In this document: in pieces, positions 36,442-43,829 of the stretch
Layout: every line of letters starts with the position of its first letter
Numbering within the stretch: the first letter of the stretch is position 1
Origin: Chrysochromulina tobinii
Lineage: Eukaryota
Direction of reading: 5' to 3'
NCBI GenBank assembly: GCA_001275005.1
Contig: JWZX01003238.1
Location: 1 to 43,829, forward strand
Length of the DNA stretch: 43,829 bases
Notes under the pieces: generated by a model
Database searches by the model: none
What the model was told of the DNA's origin: nothing
What the model saw: the letters and a program-made list of their open reading frames with translations, nothing else
Program-made: the position numbers and the translations under genes

Positions 36442-39360
36442 TCACGGACTCGAACTCGTTCGCCCAAACGTCGTTCGGGAGTTCGGGTTGGTGCGGATTG
36501 CTTCGCCATCCTCGACGATCTCCGCATCGAAGGTCTTCTTGATCGACTTGAGCCGTTTGGCCATGCGTCTCTTCTTCTCCGGGCTCGCCGTGCACTCTTC
36601 GTCAACTTTCTTTTTCGCCGCCGCCATGGTTCGCGGATAGAAGAGTGTCTCGATCCACAGCTCGAGTGGATGCTCAAAGCCTGGTTCCTCAGGCTTGAAG
36701 TAGCGCTTCCCGACTTGAACAAAGCTGTCTGGGAGCACAGGGTTAGGTCCATCTGGTTCAAGCCCAAAGGTCTCAAACAGGTCCTTGGGTACCACAAGCG
36801 CGCTACACAGTGCCTCCTCGAGGCGCGAATGCTGCAGCCGCTTGCCATTCCTGGGCGTGCTGGTGCCCACCTCGGTCCAGCGCAGCCCGAGCAGCGGTGG
36901 TGGGCCCATCTGGCTTGTGAGCTCCGGGTGGGCGCGGAGCTTTGCATCGCACACCCGCGCGGCCACCTCGAGGAACTCATCAAGGGTGAGCTCGAGCGAG
37001 TTGTCCGTGGTATGCTTGCCGCCCGCCGCCTCGAAAAGTTCGTCGTCGAGGTTGACGATAGCAAAGAAGTTGGTGATATCTCGCCGCGTGCAGAGCTCGT
37101 CGTCGATGAAGCCTGAGTCGCGGAAGAGCGCGAGCATCTCCGTTAGGTTCATGAGTAGCATCGAGCCCTCGTCGTCGAGGATCGAATACACTGTGTACGG
37201 GAAGGCGAGCCTGTCGCGCCACTTTTCGAGGACCCATTGCACCTTGCGATCCTTTAGGGTGGCACCCATAGCATCGCCCAGGCTTAGGTCGCAATGCGGG
37301 ATCACTTGCAGCTGCACAAACTCTGACAGCGCAAGACCGAGCGAGCCGCACGACGCCGCGTCCGTCTTGAAAGCCGCAGCGCGGAAGGCGGCAAGACGAA
37401 CCATCGCGCCTACAAATTTGGCCTGCGAGAGCTTCTTTTCGTCCGAGTTGCTCTCGAGGGCGGCGAGAGCGTCCCCCTGCGCGGCAATCGACACGCGCGT
37501 CGATTCTTGTGGCACTAGTAGTGAAGGGCTCGGCGTTGCCAAGGAAGGGACCTCAGACGCCGTCCAGAACTCATTGCGAGGTCCTTTTCGCGACCACGCC
37601 GGACGCGAAGGCGGACGTGAAGGCGGACGCGAAGGCGGGCGCATCGGAGGCGAAGGCGAAGGCGATGCGGTTGACGGTGAGAGGCTCGTCTCTGCAGGGG
37701 ACATCGCATTATTACTGTCGGCCGCGAATATCACATTGGGGGCACCCTTTGACGGCAGTGCGAGCATTGGCGGCGGGCTAATCGAGCGGCGCACTTCGTT
37801 CGCCAAGTCCATACTAGGGGGCGGGCTCACGCGGCCAGGGAGGGGGCTATTAGATTTGGGGGGCGGGCTCAAGCGGCCAGGGGGGGGGCTGTTCGACTTC
37901 GTGGGAGACGTCTTGGGGCTGATCTTGAGTTGGCACGATCGCAAGAAGATCATATCCATGTCGGACTGAGGGTACTCCTTGCCAGTGAGCTTCAAGTCGG
38001 TCAGGCACTTGCGGAACTGGAGCATCGACACATTCACTGGCTCATCGTCGATGGCACCCGCGAGCGTATACACGCGGAAGCACTGCTTGAGAACAGACAC
38101 GCTATTCTGCAGCTCGACCAGCAGATCATCCCACATGAGATCGATGGGCAGCTCATCAGCCGCCCCCTGGGCCGGCCCCTTGTACACCTTACGGTATGCA
38201 TCTTCGAGGTCATCCTTGAGCGAGTTCCACGACTCAGGGATCTCGTTGATCGCCTTTCGGTAGCCTTCGGGCACCGGCGCAGTCCTGGCGCGCGAGTACC
38301 CTGACCAGAGCGATTCACCGACGGTGTTGCTCGCCTGCACACGGAAGCAGTACTCGGTGTCTGAAAGCAGATCCGCAAGTAACACTCCGAATTTGCGGAT
38401 ACCGCGGTAGGCGGTGCGCCAATGGCTAACATCGGCTGTGATCGGGTCGACCGGCGTATACTGCAGCTCGTACTGGAAGCACTCGTCGCCACCGTCGTCG
38501 TTGACCACTTCCCACGCGACGCGAATGGTACTGTGCGACTCAGCCTGGACCTTGGCCGGAGCGGGTGGACATGGGCGAGTTGCGTCTGCTGGGCGAAACT
38601 CAGTTCGGTTCTCGAGCACCTTGTCGAACGTCGGGTTGGGCTTCTCGGGCCGGGGCTTCCAGTATGAGCGGGTTCGTCGGATCGTGCTGAGCACTTCGCC
38701 AAGAAGCTCCGCCGAGGGTTCGTGCGTCGGATCGCACTCGAGCGACTGCACGAGCTGCTCTGCAGCCTCCGAGTATTGCTGCTGGTACATCTTCCCGAGG
38801 GCCACCTGCGAGTAGCCTTTCGCACTGAACGGGTTAACTTCGAGAACACGCTGGGCATCAGCGATGGAGTCGGTAATCTTGCGCTGCCGCAGTCGCGCGA
38901 CCGAGCGTTCGCACAGCAGCTGCTCATCATCGGGCTGGATCTCGAGCGCCTGTGTCAAATGTTGCTCGAGCGGGGGCCAATCGGATCTCCTGCGAACCTG
39001 CCGGATCTTCTCACGCACCAGCAGTGCCTGGCCTCGCTTCTCCAGCGCCTCTCCAGCGTTCGCAGCAAGCGGGCGTGAACTTTCTTTACGAAGACGCGCG
39101 AGCACAGGCGCATGCGCGCGCCTCCATTTGGCGCCCACGCGTTCAGTTTGCGCACCTCCCGCTCGCAGCTTTGTTGCAAGGCTAGATGCAGCTGCATCCA
39201 GCGTCGAGGTGCCTCGCGGCGTGGCCGAGATGGCGGGCAACGTCAGCTTGAATAACTCGGGCTCTGTAGAAGGCCCTTCTTCAGGTGCGTTGGGCAGCGG
39301 TGAAGACCGGCTATGCAACCCGGCCTGACCTTCAAGTAGTCGCACCGTGGCGGAGTCCAT
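36442..39360 (-). CDS. Multidomain protein: TPR + FN3 + Pro/Ser-rich linker + EF-hand-like helical region
   Basis: ATG at 39360 (MDSATV). TPRs: LTQALEIQPDD..RSVARL..AQRVLEVNP..SLECDP. FN3: PCPP..IRVAW..DDGG..YELQ..LLSDTEYCFRVQASNTVGESLWS. EF-like segments: VSMLQFRKCLTD, MNLTEMLALFRDSG and LTLDEFLEVAAR. Confidence 0.82.
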   Translation of the reverse strand: MDSATVRLLEGQAGLHSRSSPLPNAPEEGPSTEPELFKLTLPAISATPRGTSTLDAAASSLATKLRAGGAQTERVGAKWRRAHAPVLARLRKESSRPLAANAGEALEKRGQALLVREKIRQVRRRSDWPPLEQHLTQALEIQPDDEQLLCERSVARLRQRKITDSIADAQRVLEVNPFSAKGYSQVALGKMYQQQYSEAAEQLVQSLECDPTHEPSAELLGEVLSTIRRTRSYWKPRPEKPNPTFDKVLENRTEFRPADATRPCPPAPAKVQAESHSTIRVAWEVVNDDGGDECFQYELQYTPVDPITADVSHWRTAYRGIRKFGVLLADLLSDTEYCFRVQASNTVGESLWSGYSRARTAPVPEGYRKAINEIPESWNSLKDDLEDAYRKVYKGPAQGAADELPIDLMWDDLLVELQNSVSVLKQCFRVYTLAGAIDDEPVNVSMLQFRKCLTDLKLTGKEYPQSDMDMIFLRSCQLKISPKTSPTKSNSPPPGRLSPPPKSNSPLPGRVSPPPSMDLANEVRRSISPPPMLALPSKGAPNVIFAADSNNAMSPAETSLSPSTASPSPSPPMRPPSRPPSRPPSRPAWSRKGPRNEFWTASEVPSLATPSPSLLVPQESTRVSIAAQGDALAALESNSDEKKLSQAKFVGAMVRLAAFRAAAFKTDAASCGSLGLALSEFVQLQVIPHCDLSLGDAMGATLKDRKVQWVLEKWRDRLAFPYTVYSILDDEGSMLLMNLTEMLALFRDSGFIDDELCTRRDITNFFAIVNLDDELFEAAGGKHTTDNSLELTLDEFLEVAARVCDAKLRAHPELTSQMGPPPLLGLRWTEVGTSTPRNGKRLQHSRLEEALCSALVVPKDLFETFGLEPDGPNPVLPDSFVQVGKRYFKPEEPGFEHPLELWIETLFYPRTMAAAKKKVDEECTASPEKKRRMAKRLKSIKKTFDAEIVEDGEAIRTNPNSRTTFGRTSSSP
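36688..36891 (-). other. Inserted ~68-aa protein module, copy B
   Basis: LGLRWTEVGTSTPRNGKRLQHSRLEEALCSALVVPKDLFETFGLEPDGPNPVLPDSFVQVGKRYFKPE; aligns by eye with copy A at 27349-27543. Confidence 0.75.
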
Positions 39361-39653
39361 CTCCGGAAAGTTCTGGTCCCCCGCGCGCGCCGCCGCACCG
39401 CGCCCCCGACGCCGCACACTCTCGCACAACTGTTTCGAAACTTGAGTACTAAGAGAAACTTACTTGTACTGAACCGGTAACAGGTCTGGAAATTACTTAA
39501 AAGGGAAAGTTATGAATATGAAACCACACAACAACAACGGTGCGCGAAGCAAAGCGAAATATATAAATTCAAAGAAGACGCAAAGTGATGGCCATTGCAT
39601 GCGTTTGTGCATGTAGTTTTTAGGAATCCTATCCAAGTTAATAAACTACGGCT

Positions 39654-40880
39654 ATGCACGAACAGTCGGGCCGTCCCACTCCGATACCACTCCGACCGCC
39701 CTCTCACGCCGGACGAAAGTCGACCCCAACAGCTGCCTTGAACATGGCGAGCGGAGCCCCTGGCAGCACGCTTGATGTCACACGCGATACGCCTACTGAA
39801 GATTGGACCGTCTCTTGTGTATGCCGCGTCAATAAGCGCTGCCATCCACCCGCAGTCTGCGGGCGGCCGCCTCAGCTCCAAAGCGAGCTTGCAGCTGCAG
39901 TCAAGTTAACGCAGGCACGCGAGGTGAGCTGCGACGAGGCCAGCCATGCGAGGGTGCTCTTTCTGGCGCAGCTGTTGTCTCGCGACCTTCAGCGCAGCCA
40001 TCCTGCGTACACGACGCACGGTCTGATGGGCATTTTTGCCGACGGGGCTCCCATCAACCGCTACGCCAACGGTACTGCCAGGGTGCATCTTGTTCGTTCT
40101 GCGCACCGCGGCCTTGGGCTTGTGAATAGGCTTCGTGCAAACTACCTGGACTACAAGCACCTGAAGACGCGCTTCCTTCATCAAAGGACCTGCGAGCGAG
40201 CCGCGTGGCTGTCACAAGGCACGAGGCGCCCCATACACATCTGCGAGATCGGCTTCAACGCGGGTCTCTCCTCGTTGCTGCTACTCGAGGCCAGCGCGTC
40301 CCGACGGATGCAGGGACGCGCTGCATCGCCCGCTGCATCCGGCGCGCGAGTACGCTCGTTTGATATCGACGCGTTCCCATACACGCGCACCGCGAGCGCA
40401 CTGCTTACGCGCGCGTATGCCGAGCGCTTCGACGTCAGCTTTGGTGATGCAGATGCGCTGCTCGCATTACCGAGCATGAATGTAAGCGGCCGCCACACGC
40501 GACAAGCGTGTGATATCACCTTCGTCGACGGCCAGAAATCGGTGCTTGGTAAGCTTGGGCATCTCAAGGTGCTTGTAAAACACTCGGCGCAGGCAGGCGC
40601 CTGGATATTCGTCGACGATGTCAAGAATGGGTCCTGGTGCGGCCGAAGAACCGTCGAGCCCGATGGGCACACTCTTTGTATTGGAACACGCGGCACGATC
40701 GTCAGCAAGGCGGCGGCAGCTAGCGAGGGGCTTGCGGCCGCGGTGCAGCTTGGAATCGTTCACCTGATCGAGTGCCGCTGGCCATCGGTGCGGCCGCACG
40801 AAGGTTGGAGAATGGATGGCGAGGGCCTCTGCCTCGCCGAGGTTTCACAAGAGGCGAGGTCGTTGCTTGAATCGCTTTGA
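39654..40880 (+). CDS. Class I SAM-dependent methyltransferase (Methyltransf_24-like)
   Basis: HICEIGFNAGLSSLLLL (motif I), VRSFDI, FGDA, CDITFVDG and IFVDDV. Start is uncertain (39654 or 39744). Confidence 0.75.
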   Translation: MHEQSGRPTPIPLRPPSHAGRKSTPTAALNMASGAPGSTLDVTRDTPTEDWTVSCVCRVNKRCHPPAVCGRPPQLQSELAAAVKLTQAREVSCDEASHARVLFLAQLLSRDLQRSHPAYTTHGLMGIFADGAPINRYANGTARVHLVRSAHRGLGLVNRLRANYLDYKHLKTRFLHQRTCERAAWLSQGTRRPIHICEIGFNAGLSSLLLLEASASRRMQGRAASPAASGARVRSFDIDAFPYTRTASALLTRAYAERFDVSFGDADALLALPSMNVSGRHTRQACDITFVDGQKSVLGKLGHLKVLVKHSAQAGAWIFVDDVKNGSWCGRRTVEPDGHTLCIGTRGTIVSKAAAASEGLAAAVQLGIVHLIECRWPSVRPHEGWRMDGEGLCLAEVSQEARSLLESL

Positions 40881-41096
40881 AAAGCGGACGCGGTCACGGC
40901 ATGTTGTTGTCGGTGTGCCGTCGGTACCGGTAGTCGTGGCCCATGGAAGTGACCAATAGCCTCGCCTTCGAGCTCAATCAAGCATGCAATCAAGAGCAAT
41001 TACCGAAACGGACGGCCGATGAAACTTGCACATTCATGTTCGGCCCTGCACATCCACACAGCTCGCGTGGGGAAACGCGCGGAGAGGCCACACTAC

Positions 41097-42515
41097 ATGA
41101 TTGCCGTGCTGATCGTGCTCCACGACTCTTCCGACGAGAACCTTAACGGCGGGGCTGCAATGCTGCGCAGAGTCAAAGAAGCTGCAGTCGCTGCCTTGCG
41201 AGAGGCAGGGCTGGCAAGTGCAGCCGCAAGTACCTTGTTCGGTGAAGGCGTACTGATGCGCTGTGCACATTGGGAGCCGGCCTGGGCGTCAGCACGCAGC
41301 AAGGCAGGTGCGCCGCCACCACCAGATGGTTACACCGGAGAGCGCAGCTCACTGTGGTCTTTGCTAGCCTGGCGCCGAAGCTATCATGGTCCTTCAGACC
41401 CAGTGTCTGGCCGAGCACATTATGCGATCGCACAGGCACTGGCTGAGCTGGCTGAGGCCGCGCCCACGGCGCCGCTTGTGGTGGTTGCCCAAGGTCTCGG
41501 CTGCTTGGTTGCAGAGGCACATTTTGCTTGCCTCGTCGAGCAAAGGGCTCTCCCACCCACGTGGGCCGATGCGCTGCTTACGAGCGATCATGCGACGCCA
41601 CTGGAGCGCGGTGCCACATTGCATTCGTTCTGGGCTCTCGGCAGCCCGATCGCCATGTGGTTGGATACTCTTAAGGTGCGCGGCGAGCCCGCGGGTGGTA
41701 GTCGTGGAGGTGGCGGTGTCGGCGACGATGCTGAAGACACCTCCTCGCAATGCTCCTCGCAACTGCCATCCACAAGAGCTCCGCGCTACCATGAGCGGCT
41801 TGAGCGCGCGCGAAAGGCCAACAGTTCAACGCCTGATGGGGCCTCGCTCATCCTAGCACGCCATCTATCGGAGGATGCGCCAAGTCCCGCGCCCGTCGCA
41901 GGCAACGCAATCGAGCAGCACACGAAGGAGGCGGTTCCTCGTTCCATTCGGGAGCAAGGGCTCGTGTCAGTGCCCTCGCCACAGATGAGCTCGTCCATGC
42001 CCGTGGCCGTCTTGCAACTGGGCGGCCGGCACCACTTTTGGCACCGGCACGACCCGTTATGCTCGATCCCCATCACCCAAGAGTATGGGCTGGGCTCCGC
42101 CGCTAAAGATGTCGAGGTGCGCCTCGGCGGCTCCTCACCACCCGCACCGAGCGATTACTTGAAGGCGATCGACTACGAGAAGCGGAGCGGCAGGACGAAA
42201 AAAGAGGTGGTCGTCCCCCTTGGGCGTCACCTTGCCTCGATCCTCCTCGGCCTGCGCAGCCAAGAGACTCAATTCGACCGAATCGTCGAGCGGCGTCCGA
42301 CCTCGGCGGCGGAGCAACAAGCGATGGCAGACATGCTCAGATATTCGGAGCAACAAGCGATGGCAGACATACTCAGATATTCGTCGCTCGTGGGCAAGCC
42401 TTCGCCGAGCGCACCCGCACGAGAGCCCGCTGCCGAGCCTTTGGCTGTTCCGGTGGTGCCGGCCAGCCTTGTCCATGCTCTGGCTGGCACACTCGTCGAC
42501 CCGAGCTTGGATTGA
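41097..42515 (+). CDS. Alpha/beta-hydrolase-fold (DDHD/PA-PLA1-like) protein lacking the catalytic Ser
   Basis: MIAVLIVLHD.., PLVVVAQGLGCLVA (position of the usual I-A-H-S-L-G elbow), TLHSFWALGSPIAMW and HFWHRHDPL. Start is taken at ATG 41097; 41019 is also possible. Confidence 0.65.
   Translation: MIAVLIVLHDSSDENLNGGAAMLRRVKEAAVAALREAGLASAAASTLFGEGVLMRCAHWEPAWASARSKAGAPPPPDGYTGERSSLWSLLAWRRSYHGPSDPVSGRAHYAIAQALAELAEAAPTAPLVVVAQGLGCLVAEAHFACLVEQRALPPTWADALLTSDHATPLERGATLHSFWALGSPIAMWLDTLKVRGEPAGGSRGGGGVGDDAEDTSSQCSSQLPSTRAPRYHERLERARKANSSTPDGASLILARHLSEDAPSPAPVAGNAIEQHTKEAVPRSIREQGLVSVPSPQMSSSMPVAVLQLGGRHHFWHRHDPLCSIPITQEYGLGSAAKDVEVRLGGSSPPAPSDYLKAIDYEKRSGRTKKEVVVPLGRHLASILLGLRSQETQFDRIVERRPTSAAEQQAMADMLRYSEQQAMADILRYSSLVGKPSPSAPAREPAAEPLAVPVVPASLVHALAGTLVDPSLD
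42310..42381 (+). repeat. In-frame 36-bp tandem duplication (EQQAMAD[M/I]LRYS x2)
   Basis: CGGAGCAACAAGCGATGGCAGACAT[G/A]CTCAGATATT twice, with one mismatch. Confidence 0.93.
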
Positions 42516-43320
42516 CTAGGATTGACACGTGTGTGCTAACGAGAGGACCTCCGGCGTCCACGCAGCGCGCCATGGACCGTGGACGGGACGAAAGGGTTTA
42601 GATCGGATGCGTTACCGTAAATTTGAGAATTACTGCAGTGCAAGCCGGTCCCTCTCATCCGTGGCACTCGCGGACTGGTTTACCCAGCGGCTGTCGGCGG
42701 CGCACAGTCCACAGTCGTCATAAGCCGCTATGGGGCATGCTATGGGGTTAAATATACCTGCCCGGTAGTGCGGTGGGAAGGTCCCCCTAGGTCAAAAAAG
42801 TGCGCCGGTCGGCGACGTCGACTGGGATCCCCGCTGAGTTGCGTGTGCGACCGGCTCGCGACATGTAATTTACACGTCTGCCGTCGGCATTTTTCATGCA
42901 TCGACGCGGTGGCACATACACGCTAGGTTATGGTTTCCCGGGCCCCATGAGGCCATGTTGCCGAGAGCGCCTTGCGGCGGGACCCACAGGTCGGGTCACA
43001 TCGCATCTATCCGACCTCGCGCACACCGCACGGTGTCCATAGGTGTCCATTCCGCAGCTGCCAGCTCGCCTCACAACATCAACATGCACCCATTTAGCAA
43101 ACCGCTCTCACATTGCAGTCACATTGCAGCTTCCGTCCTCCGCATCCAGGATCACATCCAGAAACCAAGAGAACTCGGTCTCGATGCCGGCGCAAATGGC
43201 GTAATGGCCCACAATGATCAGGCCTAAAGCGCTCGGAGCCTGCCGGCAAGCACCGCCGCCCCGTCTTCTGCGCGACCAGTTGTGCGCTACCAGTCAGTCG
43301 CAGCAGACCACGCCTCCTGC

Positions 43321-43829
43321 TCAGGCCAGCTTGACCAGCTTGAAGTTCGATAGCGAGAGCACGCCGTGGCGCACGCCATGTGCCAGCACGATCTTGTCGC
43401 CAGACTTTGCCAGCTTCGCTTGCTTGGCAATGGTGATGGCGGCAGCGAAGCGCTCGTCCTCATGGCCGTGAATGGGAACACCCTCGGGAACCGCAAAGGG
43501 TATGCACCCGCGGTGCAGGTTGCACGCCGCCCCCACGTTCGGATCGCTCGCGAGTACGAGGATAGGGCAGCGCGGCCGATGCTTGGAGATGAGGCGTGCC
43601 GAGGTGCCCCCGACCGTGAGTGTGACGATGAGCACTGCACCCGAGCAGGTGGCCGCCTCGACCACAGCTTTGGCGACCGAGTCCGAAGGCTCGAGAGGCA
43701 GCGGCATCACAGCCTCCATGTCGGACACAATCGAGCTGTAAAAGATCGCCGCCTCAGCCTCGCGGCAGACGGAAGCCATGACGGTGACCGCCTCTTTCGG
43801 GTATGCACCCTTGGCCGTCTCGCCCGAAA
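43321..43829 (-). CDS. PYK: Pyruvate kinase, 3' part (5' end lies beyond the window)
   Basis: The frame stays open to the window edge: ..SGETAKGAYPKEAVTVMASVCREAEAAI..., then IVTLTVGGTSARLISKHRPRCPIL, NLHRGCIP and GDKIVLAHG. Confidence 0.93.
   Translation of the reverse strand, partial: SGETAKGAYPKEAVTVMASVCREAEAAIFYSSIVSDMEAVMPLPLEPSDSVAKAVVEAATCSGAVLIVTLTVGGTSARLISKHRPRCPILVLASDPNVGAACNLHRGCIPFAVPEGVPIHGHEDERFAAAITIAKQAKLAKSGDKIVLAHGVRHGVLSLSNFKLVKLA

Noticed and set aside
42516..43320. 800-bp spacer with short direct repeats (GCTATGGGG x2, CACATTGCAG x2) and small ORFs
   Set aside because: No terminal repeats, transposase or RNA-gene signature; treated as convergent 3' UTR/intergenic DNA.
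1..43829. tRNA/rRNA genes, transposases, viral genes
   Set aside because: None recognised by eye; tRNAscan-SE, Infernal and RepeatModeler would be needed to exclude them formally.

Overview
Gene-dense, GC-rich eukaryotic nuclear DNA. It is probably from a microalga or protist; a haptophyte is my inference from composition, compactness and gene content, not something the sequence proves. About 26 protein-coding genes are present. Most are single-exon; four have a short GT-AG intron that joins two ORF-track fragments (79-122 nt), and one may have a GC-AG intron. Recognisable genes: hybrid ascorbate/cytochrome c peroxidase, NEK-like kinase, cytosolic MDH, XPC/Rad4, NOP16, two GT8 glycosyltransferases, IMPACT, a DUF924-TilS fusion, hydroxylysine-kinase-like, PhyH-like dioxygenase, auxilin-like J protein, a non-RD CAMK-like kinase, CD2BP2/Lin1, ankyrin protein, Methyltransf_24-like protein and the 3' end of pyruvate kinase. 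I found no rRNA, tRNA, CRISPR array or intact transposon. Main findings: (1) an unnamed ~65-aa 'LGxRWxEV...FGLE...PD...YFxP' module inserted in frame into two different proteins, once inside an FN3 loop; (2) an intron-containing SLOG + SLATT + SLATT protein with the architecture of bacterial nucleotide-sensing conflict effectors; (3) an F-box-like protein carrying a stand-alone dynein-stalk microtubule-binding-like domain; (4) a CD2BP2 with a PRP6-like N-terminal motif and an OCRE domain in place of GYF; (5) a secreted Cys-rich protein ending in a knottin-like motif. All family assignments come from recognising motifs by eye; no database searches were run.
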